DNA of 63,839 nucleotides, counting the filler, from Craspedostauros australis (Eukaryota), in the NCBI GenBank assembly GCA_030167865.1. It is 8 parts of 8 records of this genome, joined end to end, with 100 filler letters (N's around TTAATTAATTAA, not from the genome) between each part and the next. Parts side by side here need not be neighbours in the genome. Positions count along the whole stretch, not along the records: positions 23,888 to 55,169 come from JALAGF010004430.1; positions 55,270 to 57,715 come from JALAGF010004431.1; 6 more parts are not named here. One strand, 5' to 3'. The number at the start of each line of letters is the position of its first letter. Positions within the stretch are counted from its first letter, which is position 1. Shown here in pieces: positions 46,690-57,815 of the stretch. The translations under genes were made by a program, and so were the position numbers. The notes beneath the pieces were generated by a model. That model worked only from the letters and a program-made list of their open reading frames with translations, made no database searches and had not been told where the DNA came from.

Positions 46690-49600
46690 ATGGCTCCTGA
46701 CACCACAATGCCAGCTCCAGCACAATCTTCGATAGGCATTCGACCCATCTCGACGAGAACAAGACCGATCACAAGAACAGCAACAGTATCCACAACAGGA
46801 CAAGCAGTAGTCACAATGACACCCACGGCGACGATGACCGCATCACCAAGCAACCCCGGCATGGGCGGCGACAGCATCGGACGACCCCTTGAGTTGTCGG
46901 CGGAACTGCACTGCCTCGCAGGACCCAAGACGACCCAGACAACCCAGACAACCACCCACAACCCCGACCTCTCCGCCAGCTGCGAGGCCGACCCCTTCAA
47001 ATACATCGAGCCGATCTTTGCCACCGAGACCCTGAGCATGCGCTTGTCCAGGAAGATGGCCGAGCTGTCCCAAACGTCCCTCGACTTTTCCCACCTCGCA
47101 CCCGTCGGCAGAGACAAGGAGATGCGCGTGCTCGATCGTGCGCTGCAGTACATCATCAAGAGCGCCGAGCAATCCGACACGCTGCCATCATCATCGTCGC
47201 ACTCAAACCTGCCGGATATCGACGATGAGGAAGACGAGGATGACTCCACCATCCTCAGCGAGCTAGAACGCCACAGCGCCATGCGTGCCAACAGAAGCAC
47301 CAACAAGAGCACCAATAACGGCAGCAGCCCCAGCGCCCAATCCGCTGATGGTCACAAGGCCGCTTCCACCACGCATGACAAACAAACGGCACAAAGTGCC
47401 TGGAGCAACGCGCGCGAGTCGCGTTCCAGCAAAGGCAGCAGCGCCAGCCACATTTCGGGCGAGGAGGCCAGCGCGACCAACTCGGTCCGCTCCTTCATCT
47501 CCATCTCTGGCTACTCCGGCACCGGCAAGTCGGCGCTGGCTGCCTCGCTGCGTCCCAAGTGCAAGGCCAACAACATCTTCTTCATCACGGGCAAGTTCGA
47601 TCTCAAGCAGATGGATGAGCCGTACTCGGGCTTTCGCGCCGCCATGGCGGACCTGTGCACGCAGATCTGCCACCTCCCCAAGTTCCAAAGCGTCAAGAGC
47701 ATGCTTCTCCCGCAGAAGACGAAGATGAACATCATCCGCAGAAAGCTCGACACGAGATGCTTCGACGACATCCAAGGCCAGATCCTGCAAGGTCTCAAAC
47801 CGGAGGAGCTGCGCGCCCTCGCCAAGCTCATCCCCAACCTGGTCGACATCGTCGGCCCGGATGCTTTGGCGGAACCGACCAGATCCAACGGCAAGGTTGG
47901 TGACAACACGGCCAACGCGTCTTCCCCGCGCCGCACTCTATCATACCAGGGCTACCGAGAACAGTCCGTCGCGCTCAAGCTCGCTTTCCGGCACTTCATC
48001 CAGGTCATCTGCAACTCCTGTCCTCTCGTCTGGGTCTCCGACGACGTCCAGTGGGCGGACAAGGAATCCCTGGACCTCATCGAGTCCCTGGTGCTGGATA
48101 CCGACATCTCCTCCCTCATGCTCGTTGTGTGCTACCGATCCAACCAGGCCACGGCTGGCGTCGCGCAAGGCGCAGACACAGAATCCGTGCCCATATCCAG
48201 CGCATCCGCCACATCCAGCCAGGTCACCCAGATGCTGACGGCGATTCAGAGCAAGAAACGCGAACGCTACATCCGCTACGTCAACCTGGACATCAACAAC
48301 CTGTCACTGCAGCACGTGCACGATCTGCTACGGCAGCTGCTCAAGGTCTACTCCTTCGAAAGGGCCAGAACGGACAAGTGCTGGGCGCTGGCGGAGATCG
48401 TCTTCAAACGCACCAACGGCAACGTCTTCTTCACGCAGCAGTTCGCCCGCATGCTGGTCAACGACAAGCTCCTCTCGTTCGACCTCGGATCGATGCAGTG
48501 GGTCTGGGACAACGACCGGATCCGGAGGGAGACGCCGGCGACCATGAACGTGGTGGAGCTCATGGAGCTCAAGCTGCAGCAGATTGATACGGCGCAGTAC
48601 ATGCTGCCGCTCGCGGCGTGCTTGGGATCGACCTTCTCCTGGCTGCTTCTGCGAACGGCGCTGCAGGGGTTTTCGGAGGGCAGGGAGGAAGGCCATCTCG
48701 CATTCTACGAAGCGCTGTTCGGTGGGCCGCCACCCTCAGATGGAGAGGAATGGGTGGCCATCTTGGCCAAGTACGAAGAGGAGGGATTGATCGAGGCGCA
48801 CGCTGCCGTGACTGGCGGCATCAGCATGAACTACAAGGCAGGCTGCCGCGACCTCGACTCTGTCTATGACTCCATCTACGACTTTGAGAACGGCACCAAG
48901 GACGGTAACAACGACGACGACGATGAAGAAGAAGACGAAGCCAATGACAATGATAACTCGAAGCCCAACAACAAGCTGAAAAAGCCAACGGTGGCAGCCA
49001 ACTACTCATTCATCCACGACAAGGTGCAAGAGGCAGCCCTGAGGATGATCCCATCCAAGGTCCAGCTAGCGGAGCTGCAGCATCGCATTGGCCTCATCCT
49101 GATGGACCGGCTATCACGAGACGAGTTTGCTCCATCGCAGTTCGTCGTGGCCAACTTGCTCAACAGCCGCCTGGATTTGGTTCCGCCGTATCCACCATCG
49201 CTGCCATCGCAGCCATCCTCGCGCCTGCCATCACCGTTGAAGCTCCTCCAGTTCGCCTCGCTGACACCGACACCGGCACCATCACCTCTGTCGCCACTAG
49301 CACCAGAACAATCAAAAGATGATGCTGAGACTGACGTGTTCGCGAAATGCACGCGTTTCCGCATTGCGAAGCTCAACTTCGATGCAGGCATCAAGGCCGC
49401 GTCTCACGGCGCATTCCAAGCAGCATTCCTCTACCTCCAAAACTCGATCAACATGATGCCACCAAACCATTGGCAAACGCACTACGACATGAGCCTGGAG
49501 CTCTTCACATCGGCGACAGAGTGCGCCTGCGTGAGCCACAAGTTTGACGAGATGCAAAAATATGGAAATGAAGTGATCAATCAGGACGATCTTCCCATGC

Positions 49601-51096
49601 TCGACAAGATGCGGGCCTACCACGTGTTGATGGACGGAGAAATCACCATGGTCCGCCACAGCAAGAACAGCGACATGCTAAAGCTCGGCACCGAGGTGTT
49701 GGCAAAGTTCGGTTACCGGTATCCCAAGAACAGCATGCTACGACTTATCGCGCTCGTCCTGGGAATCGTCAAGCTGAAGAGGTCCGCCAAGAAATGGACG
49801 GTCGGGTACTTGAATGCGCTGAAGCCGGCGAAGGACCCCATGAAGGAATGCATCATGAAGACGTTGGACAGGCATGCCATGGCAACTCTGCTGGCAGATC
49901 CTGACATCCAGCCCTTGGTCATGATCGATGCGGTGAACGAAGCGATGGTGGATGGCACCACGGCGGTGACCCCAAGCGCCATCATCAACCTCGCCGTCAT
50001 CGTCGGGCCTATCCTGGGTGACATGGATGCTGCGAAGGTGTACGCCAACTACGCCGTCAAGAAAACTGCCGCACTCAGCGACAAGCAGGCGACGGCCCGC
50101 GCGTTGGTTTCTTCGCACAGCTTCGTCCTCAACAACGTCATGCTGTACGAAAAATGCAAGCAGCCCGTGCTGAATGCGCATTCCACGGCCATGACCCACG
50201 GCGATGTCCAGATCGCATTCTGGGCTGCGATGGTCTACCTGGACCTGTGCTTCTTTACAGCAAGGCCGTTGCCAAGCATGGACGTCGACTATTCCAAGTA
50301 CACCAAGGCTGCCGCCGATTTCCAGCAAAAGAAGATCGTCGGTCAGCTATCAACGCGCTGGCAGCTGATCTTGAACTTGAGAGGCCGCTCGCAGCATCGG
50401 ACACTGCTGGTTGGTGATGCTTTTGACGAGGTCGCCGCCATGCGACGTATCGAGGAAGCGAAGGACGTTTCGTCGAAGGTTGATCTGCTGCAATCCAGGC
50501 TGTTCATCGCGGTCTACTTTTCAGATTTCGAGAGCGCCATCGCACCAGCCATGGAGGTCTTTGACAGCCAGGCGAAGTCGCTGCCGGGCTACGTCTCCAC
50601 GATGCCATCTATTTTCTTCACGGCCTTTGTGACAATGATCGTGTGCAAGGAGAACAAGCGCCTGTCGCGATCAAAGCGCAACAAGATCAAGCAGCTTCAC
50701 CGCAGGGCACGCAAGGCATTCCAAGCCGCAGTTGAAAGCGGCAACCCGAACGCATCGCACTACAATGCGATTTTGGAGGCAGAGCGCATGTCGCTCAAGT
50801 CGCACGAGACCAAGCCGGACGAGAAGCGAGAGGAAGTGGTCAAGCAGGCTGTTCAGATGTACGAGAACGCGATCCGGATGTCGGCACGAGCTGGATTGAT
50901 TCAGGATCAAGCCTTGGCGAGCGAACGACTGGCGCGGCACATGCAGATGGAGGATGACATGGAGGGTGCGCAGCATCGCTTCAACGAAGCCATCCGGCTG
51001 TACGGGGAGTGGGGTGCAGGAGCGAAAGTGGCGCAGCTGCAGCAATACTGCCAGAGCTTCAAACAATCGGATGCCGATCAGGGTGTCACAGGGTAG
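46690..51096 (+). CDS. STAND-class P-loop NTPase (AAA_16) with C-terminal TPR-like helical repeats
   Basis: VGRDKE; Walker A GYSGTGKS; GKFD....PYS; Walker B LVWVSDDVQWAD; T.GN.FF..Q; AACLGSTF; Y.F.HDKVQEAA; terminal ALA.E......A...Y.EWGA..KV..L. Confidence 0.88.
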   Translation: MAPDTTMPAPAQSSIGIRPISTRTRPITRTATVSTTGQAVVTMTPTATMTASPSNPGMGGDSIGRPLELSAELHCLAGPKTTQTTQTTTHNPDLSASCEADPFKYIEPIFATETLSMRLSRKMAELSQTSLDFSHLAPVGRDKEMRVLDRALQYIIKSAEQSDTLPSSSSHSNLPDIDDEEDEDDSTILSELERHSAMRANRSTNKSTNNGSSPSAQSADGHKAASTTHDKQTAQSAWSNARESRSSKGSSASHISGEEASATNSVRSFISISGYSGTGKSALAASLRPKCKANNIFFITGKFDLKQMDEPYSGFRAAMADLCTQICHLPKFQSVKSMLLPQKTKMNIIRRKLDTRCFDDIQGQILQGLKPEELRALAKLIPNLVDIVGPDALAEPTRSNGKVGDNTANASSPRRTLSYQGYREQSVALKLAFRHFIQVICNSCPLVWVSDDVQWADKESLDLIESLVLDTDISSLMLVVCYRSNQATAGVAQGADTESVPISSASATSSQVTQMLTAIQSKKRERYIRYVNLDINNLSLQHVHDLLRQLLKVYSFERARTDKCWALAEIVFKRTNGNVFFTQQFARMLVNDKLLSFDLGSMQWVWDNDRIRRETPATMNVVELMELKLQQIDTAQYMLPLAACLGSTFSWLLLRTALQGFSEGREEGHLAFYEALFGGPPPSDGEEWVAILAKYEEEGLIEAHAAVTGGISMNYKAGCRDLDSVYDSIYDFENGTKDGNNDDDDEEEDEANDNDNSKPNNKLKKPTVAANYSFIHDKVQEAALRMIPSKVQLAELQHRIGLILMDRLSRDEFAPSQFVVANLLNSRLDLVPPYPPSLPSQPSSRLPSPLKLLQFASLTPTPAPSPLSPLAPEQSKDDAETDVFAKCTRFRIAKLNFDAGIKAASHGAFQAAFLYLQNSINMMPPNHWQTHYDMSLELFTSATECACVSHKFDEMQKYGNEVINQDDLPMLDKMRAYHVLMDGEITMVRHSKNSDMLKLGTEVLAKFGYRYPKNSMLRLIALVLGIVKLKRSAKKWTVGYLNALKPAKDPMKECIMKTLDRHAMATLLADPDIQPLVMIDAVNEAMVDGTTAVTPSAIINLAVIVGPILGDMDAAKVYANYAVKKTAALSDKQATARALVSSHSFVLNNVMLYEKCKQPVLNAHSTAMTHGDVQIAFWAAMVYLDLCFFTARPLPSMDVDYSKYTKAAADFQQKKIVGQLSTRWQLILNLRGRSQHRTLLVGDAFDEVAAMRRIEEAKDVSSKVDLLQSRLFIAVYFSDFESAIAPAMEVFDSQAKSLPGYVSTMPSIFFTAFVTMIVCKENKRLSRSKRNKIKQLHRRARKAFQAAVESGNPNASHYNAILEAERMSLKSHETKPDEKREEVVKQAVQMYENAIRMSARAGLIQDQALASERLARHMQMEDDMEGAQHRFNEAIRLYGEWGAGAKVAQLQQYCQSFKQSDADQGVTG

Positions 51097-51200
51097 AGTA
51101 CTTGTAACTTCGTTTACTTTAGCGCGGCTGGTTCACGGGGTACACACGCACACACATACGTATTAGTACATGTCATCCAGCTGTTTCAGTGGATCTCAAT

Positions 51201-53423
51201 TCATCTTCTCGTTGGTGGCACGCCCATCCTCGCATTCCATTTCTGCTCCCCCCGCTGCACCTTGTTCTGCTTGACTTGGCTGTAGGTCAAGTACTTTTCA
51301 TCTTCGATGGGTTGCTGAGAGTTTCGGTGTCCACGACGGCCTAGACGGCGAGTTGCTCCATTCATGTTGCTGTGGTCCTCGTCGAATTCGCCACCATCAT
51401 CATCATAGCCGTCATCGTCACTATCGCCCAAACGCGAGTTTTGCCCTCCCTGATTGGTTCTGGTGACTGAGTGTTGCACCCAACTTCCTGTCCACCGTTT
51501 CTGCTCGTGCCATTCTTGCTGAATGTTCAATCCGTCCACGCCCTCCACCCTCATGTTCCTGGCCTGCTTCATTTTGATTGGAGGCAGCTCGATCATTCCA
51601 ATATCCCGTACCATCGCATTCACTGTCTCCACAATGTCATCCGCATATCGAGTGCCATGCAATTGGAGGTAGTACTTCAGCATTGCATAGTACGTATCCG
51701 CCACAAGCTTTTCCAGCTTGGGGCTGTCTCCCTTCCGGACACAACTTGCCAATGGACCTAGTTCATTGACGAATTTTCGTGACAAGGATCGCTTCGCTCT
51801 CTGGATGTCCATGTGGTGTGCATCCAACGATGCCAAGAACCTCTGCTGAACGGTGGGAAGCAACAGCAAGCCATGACCGCGCTTCGATGCTCGCCCCGTC
51901 CGCCCAAGCCGATGCATATAGGTTTCGCGCGTCTCGGCTGCCCCAAGCTGAACCACGTGCGTGACATCGGGATAGTCGACACCACGGGCGCTGACATCCG
52001 TGGTAAATAGCGTGCCGTTGGTGGATTTTCGGAAGCGGTCGCTGATGAGGGAACGGGATTGCTGCGGGAGCTTGCCATGCAACTCAAACACCCTTCTTCC
52101 GAAGCCGTGTGATACGATGGTTGTGTAGAGCTGCACCATGATGGTCATGGGGAAGAAGACAATGACTTTGTTTTTCGGATCATCGATCAGCTTCAAGATG
52201 GCTTCGAGCGATCCAGAAAAGAATTGACCGCCACGCAGTATCATGGCAGATTGGTCAATGTTGCGATGGTAGTATTCACCAGGCATCACTTGTTCGCCAG
52301 CGTCGTTGCTGCTGCGTTCGGAGTCGTTGGCGATGCAATCAACAATCTGGTGCGCGTCTTGTCGAATGTACTGATGGATGTCAGACCGCAGTCTCGGTGG
52401 CATGGTGGCCGAAAAGAGCAACGTTTGCCGCTTCTCATTCGGCAGGTATGACACGAGCTGTGCGATGTCATCACGAAATCCAAGATCCAGCAATCGATCC
52501 ATCTCATCCAGCACCAGCACCTGGAGACTGCGGAAGTGGCTCTGAAATGGACTCCCGTCGATCTCCGTTCCTTCGAAGTGATCCTTGAGCCGTCCAGGTG
52601 TCGCAATGAGGATGTTTGGCACAGCGCTTTGGAACTGTTGAATATCCCTGCGTTTGGAGGAGCCACCGTACATCACCTGCGACGTTACGTTGGCATTCGC
52701 GCTGGAGCAGTTTCTGTTCTCATTGCTCTGATTACCGTGCTTTGCCAGCAAGTCGCTGGCTTCATTCGCTATCTGGATGGCAAGCTCTCGTGTTGGCGAA
52801 ATGATCAACGCGTCCACTTGATCCGCAGCAGTGGGATTGCGGAGAATGCTCTCCAATGTGGGCAATAAGAATGCTAGAGTCTTGCCTGTTCCTGTCCTCG
52901 CCCTTCCAACAACATCCTCCCCGGCAACGGCAACATCGAACGTCCTGTCTTGAATCTCCGTCATGACTTCCAGGCCCTTGGCATGGATGGCGTCTAAAGT
53001 AGACGGGTGAAGGGAGTCAATTTGATCAAATCTGCGAAGTTTCCTACCAGTATCTCTCTGTTGCGCATGCTGCTGGTGTGCATGTTCAGGGCTTGTTGCG
53101 CCTTGCGTTGCAAACCAGCGACTCTGATTGAGCAGCGAGTGCCGCGACGGTGATTGGAATGAAAGTGGAGACATCAGCCGATTGGCGTGATGTCTGGTGC
53201 AATGCAACCTTCCTCCGTCGATCATGGTGGACAATGAGGTCGCACTGCTCGCTTGAGTGCACCCCGGATCCTTTGCACTTGATGTTCCCAACGCACATCT
53301 CACATCGCATGAATTGCGTGAATTGCATGAATTTCCCGCCAAATTGAAGTGACTTGCAGTGGCTTGGAATGAGCGGCTGCCAACAGCGGCGCCTCTTCGT
53401 CTTATCGTTGACGATAGCATCAT
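51201..53423 (-). CDS. DEAD-box RNA helicase (Mss116-like, probably mitochondrial), motif II DEMD
   Basis: Q motif (MTEIQ), ARTGTGKT, PTRELA, TPGRL, DEMD, SAT, TDVSARGVD and HRLGRTGR; R/S-rich presequence. Confidence 0.93.
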   Translation of the reverse strand: MMLSSTIRRRGAAVGSRSFQATASHFNLAGNSCNSRNSCDVRCALGTSSAKDPGCTQASSATSLSTMIDGGRLHCTRHHANRLMSPLSFQSPSRHSLLNQSRWFATQGATSPEHAHQQHAQQRDTGRKLRRFDQIDSLHPSTLDAIHAKGLEVMTEIQDRTFDVAVAGEDVVGRARTGTGKTLAFLLPTLESILRNPTAADQVDALIISPTRELAIQIANEASDLLAKHGNQSNENRNCSSANANVTSQVMYGGSSKRRDIQQFQSAVPNILIATPGRLKDHFEGTEIDGSPFQSHFRSLQVLVLDEMDRLLDLGFRDDIAQLVSYLPNEKRQTLLFSATMPPRLRSDIHQYIRQDAHQIVDCIANDSERSSNDAGEQVMPGEYYHRNIDQSAMILRGGQFFSGSLEAILKLIDDPKNKVIVFFPMTIMVQLYTTIVSHGFGRRVFELHGKLPQQSRSLISDRFRKSTNGTLFTTDVSARGVDYPDVTHVVQLGAAETRETYMHRLGRTGRASKRGHGLLLLPTVQQRFLASLDAHHMDIQRAKRSLSRKFVNELGPLASCVRKGDSPKLEKLVADTYYAMLKYYLQLHGTRYADDIVETVNAMVRDIGMIELPPIKMKQARNMRVEGVDGLNIQQEWHEQKRWTGSWVQHSVTRTNQGGQNSRLGDSDDDGYDDDGGEFDEDHSNMNGATRRLGRRGHRNSQQPIEDEKYLTYSQVKQNKVQRGEQKWNARMGVPPTRR

Positions 53424-55269
53424 TCTTTCATCGCGTTCTTGGGCTTTTCGTTCAATCTCTTTGTGTCGATCAGCGGTTCTGCTGGAGGGTGGGATGGTGA
53501 GACCTTTGGTGGATCCGGGCGTGTGCGTCTGCGTCGCGCACCAGTACTACTACCTGCGAACAGAAAACAGACGCACACATCAACAAAAGGATTGGACACT
53601 GTATGGCCCCATTCAGGATAGAATCGTACGTTTTTGCGGATTTGACATCGTAACACGTGATATTTTTAGAACATGATTTTTCGTGTTGTCCATTAGGGTT
53701 AGATATATTTAGCTAGCTTCTACGACACAAATACCTGGCTGACTTGTCTTCACCGCGGACGAAATTGATGACGTCTTTGACGGTCGATATCAGACGGCAG
53801 TGGAATCCAATGGTGTGGATGGTGACGTTGTCGCAGATTCGGTGTTGCCTTGATTCCTTGCGTTGTTGGTGATTTGGTTCTGTTGTGTGCTTCCTCGTTT
53901 GTGTGTGTGTTGTGTCAAACAGCACAGCGTTGGTGGCAGCGTTCCTGCACGTCCATGTTCACAGCAACAGCAACACTTGAGAATACCACACAACACAGTA
54001 TTATATAATGCATTGGATCACAGTGGCTTATCCTGTGGTATGCAAAATATTGTATAATATTATATTATACTATTTAATGTTAAGCTTAGTTTGTACATAC
54101 AAAGTCCTGCGCAACCTGCATCTCTCCCCTTGCTGACCTGATGGCACGACGCGGAAAGATACTGGTGNNNNNNNNNNNNNNNNNNNNNNNNNNNNNNNNN
54201 NNNNNNNNNNNNNNNNNNNNNNNNNNNNNNNNNNNNNNNNNNNNNNNNNNNNNNNNNNNNNNNNNNNNNNNNNNNNNNNNNNNNNNNNNNNNNNNNTTTT
54301 TTCCAATTCCATGGTTCCGTTTGCATGATCTGGCGTCAGAGCACGTTTTGGTGCTTCTGATCCTGGTGGTGGGACAGACGTTGAATTTGTCATTTTGAAG
54401 GATCGAGCAGACAAACAACACGAGAATGGGCTCTACTGTCAAACCATTCTGCTGAGAATCGGACAACCAGTGATGGTGCAGATCAGCCAAAGAGTGTTTC
54501 GTATCTGGTTTTGCAGGGGAAGCAAAGTCAAGGGCAGACTGCTACTAGCCGCGACAGCTTTTTTGGCTGCTGCGGTCACATCGGATGATCCGTTCAACGT
54601 TTTGCATCTGGTGATCTGTGGGAGGGTGCGTTGAGTGTGACAGTTTTTCTCGACTGTTGCCATCCTTGCCTTCGACATGGAATACAGTCTATTCCAGCAT
54701 TATCACATGGGCTGGNCCATCCATCCACCAACTTTTCCATGCACCCNTGGAAGTANTCAACNTGGCATGCNCTGCCAACGTATTGCAATGTTGGTGCTGA
54801 GCNTGGTATACTCTGGGAAAAGATCCGTCCACAGACACACCTCACATCAATTCTGCTCTCCCATACATGTACAGACCCATCATACTTCTACCAGGCTGGG
54901 TCCATGCTTTTCACAGCATCCCATGTGAGCTTGCACAATACACGAATAGATGGTGTTGTCCATCCCTCCATCCATCCAACCATCCAACCATCAGCAGGCA
55001 AGCAAGTGGCCACAAGAGACAACATGGTCATCATGACGACTGCATCCAAAGCCTCCAGCCACCAACATCCTTGGAACATGCACAGACATCAGAACCGTGG
55101 AGGTTGCTGGAGAAGAACCAATAGGATTGAGTAGCAGCAATAGCAGCATCATCTCATCTACTCCTGTTGNNNNNNNNNNNNNNNNNNNNNNNNNNNNNNN
55201 NNNNNNNNNNNNNTTAATTAATTAANNNNNNNNNNNNNNNNNNNNNNNNNNNNNNNNNNNNNNNNNNNN

Positions 55270-57715
55270 TGAACATTTGTGCATCCGACACCCCACTCAT
55301 CGATGAGAAGCCAAGCTCCCACAAGATCAGAGTTGGGAATGGAGAATGCGTCGTGGCCCAAAGCGAAGGATTCGTGGATATGGTTGATGCCGAGACTGGC
55401 AACCCAATCCGCATCCGTGTGGTCAAGGCACCGCAGTTCACCAAGAACCTCATCAGCATCAAGAAGTTGAAGCAAGGGGGATACAAGGTGGAGTTCGATG
55501 ACGACGTCGCAATTGTCACTCACAAGGCATCAGACAAGACAGCCTTCAAGTGTACCACTGCCGAGGATGGCATGTACTACCTCAACCCTGACTTGGACCA
55601 AGCACATTGTGCCCAGCTGATCACTACGGCACGAGCTCGATACCACCAGGNNNNNNNNNNNNNNNNNNNNNNNNNNNNNNNNNNGTCGAAGGAGGTTGAT
55701 ACCACCATGAACACTGAACATGATGTTCCCACCGATGCACCCAACATGGTACCACCCAGAGGTGTTCCCACCGATGATCCATCGAGAAACCCCAACGCGG
55801 TACCACCGGCTGACGTTCCTACCAATGACCCACCGAACACACCAAACGACGTCACCCCAGTCCGATCCAAACACGTGGACATCAACGAAGCCCATGACAA
55901 GTTCGGACACATCGGCCGCCGTCTCCTTGAGAAGACTGCACAGCAGTTCAACATCAAGTTGACAGGAGAGTGGAAGGCATGCGTCGCATGTGGGTTGATG
56001 AAAGGCAAGCAGAAGAACGTGCCTAAGTCCACAGCAACTCGATCGGTTGTCAAAGGGGAGAGAATCTTCGTCGATACCACTGGACCCTTTTCACCTGGGA
56101 TCGCAGGCAATCGGTATGCATACGTGATGGTCGATGACTGTACCCGATACAGCTGGGTATACTACAGCTCACACAAGACTGAGATGTCTTTGCATGTGGA
56201 GCAAGTCTCACTCGACATCCAACGTGCAGGAGGCCAACTGAAGTACATTCGTGCTGACAATGCCGGAGAGAACGTGGCGCCATTGGAGAAGTGGAGTCAA
56301 CGCACNNNNNNNNCACTTGAGCTGACAGCCCCGTCCACACCGCAGATGAATGGAGTCGTGGAGCGACGCATTGCACTGTTGACCGAGAAGGCCAGAACGC
56401 TGGTCACAGCTGCAAAGTTCACCACAGAGGCTCGGACGAAACTCTGGACTGAGGCCTACACCGTGGCCAACATCCTCACGAACATCACCAGCACCAACGC
56501 CGACGACGTCTCATCCTTTCAGAAGTGGACTGGCAAACCATCCAAGCTGGTACCTCACCTCGTCCAATTTGGCAGGATTGGCATGGTCGCGGATCGGGAA
56601 CTGATCAAGGGCAAGTTTCGCCACAGAGCCAGGAAGATGGTGATGGTNNNNNNNNNNNNNNNNNNNNNNNNNNNNNNNNNNNNNNNNNNNNNNNNNNNNN
56701 NNNNNNNNNTCAAGCTATCTCGCGATGTGCAATGGCTGGACTGGGAGCGAATCCATCCAAAACAGGGCATGCAAGTCTTTGAGGAGGAGGAGGATGATGA
56801 AGCGGACGACATCCAACGTCCAACAGGCACTCCAAGTGTTGATGGAGATGGGAATCCGGGCAGGGAGGACCCAGTGACCGTCACACGGCCAAGTCAAGCA
56901 ACGGCAATGACGGATGCCGACGTTGCAGTGGGGAGGAATGACACCCCACAAAGCGGGTCTGGCACTCCACCGTCAGGCAACCCATACCGAACCCGGTTCG
57001 AGCGATTTGCCAATACCAAACCAGGCAAGGCCGCTACCTTGGCTCAACACCATCCAGCAGCTCGCAAGATGCTTCAGGCAGTGCAGCAGCGCGAAGCAAT
57101 GCGTGGCACGGACAAAGTGGATTCGGTGGAGCAGCAACTCAACTCACCAACTCCTGATCACCCAAGGGCAACGATGGATCGACAGATCGTGGTCCACCAA
57201 GCACCAACTGGGGAGGACCAAGATGAGGAGGTGCACTTCGTATTCTCTACACAGGAAGACGACACTCCTACCACCGTGCGACAGGCTCTATTTGGACCAG
57301 ACCGAGAACAATGGGCACCATCCATGGCCGAAGAGGTCATGAACTTCTTGTCTCGGAAGGTGTGGAAGAAGGTTCCACGCAAGGTCGCAAACAAGGTCGT
57401 CAACAAGATCATGCGAACCAAATGGGTCTTTGTGAAGAAGCAACTCTCAGANGGCTCCATCAAATACAAGAGCAGGTGTTGCAACAAGGGCTTTGACCAA
57501 GTACCAGGAGTGGACTTCGAGGAGAGCTTCGCACCAGTGGCAACTGATGCATCCATACGGCTTGGACTCAACATCTACCTGTTCCAGGAGGACTGGACAA
57601 TCGAGATGATTGATGTCAAGGCGGCATTCCTTGAAGGGACCATGGACCGACCAACCTTCATCGAGATACCTGAGGGACTACATGAACTGGGCTTTGTCAC
57701 CAAGCAAGACAGAAC
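55270..57715 (+). mobile_element. Ty1/copia Pol fragment of a second lineage: protease C-terminus, GAG-pre-integrase, rve integrase, RT start
   Basis: KNLISI, H.KFGH...C.AC..GK, IFVDTTGP, VDDCTRY, IRADNAGE, TPQMNGVVERR, TKWVF.KK, YKSRC..KGF.Q.PGVDF.ESFAPV, IDVKAAFL; bounded by linkers. Confidence 0.93.
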
Positions 57716-57815
57716 NNNNNNNNNNNNNNNNNNNNNNNNNNNNNNNNNNNNNNNNNNNNTTAATTAATTAANNNNNNNNNNNNNNNNNNNNNNNNNNNNN
57801 NNNNNNNNNNNNNNN

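Noticed and set aside
53694..53702. TTAGGGTTAG telomere-like word
   Set aside because: Fewer than two units; chance.
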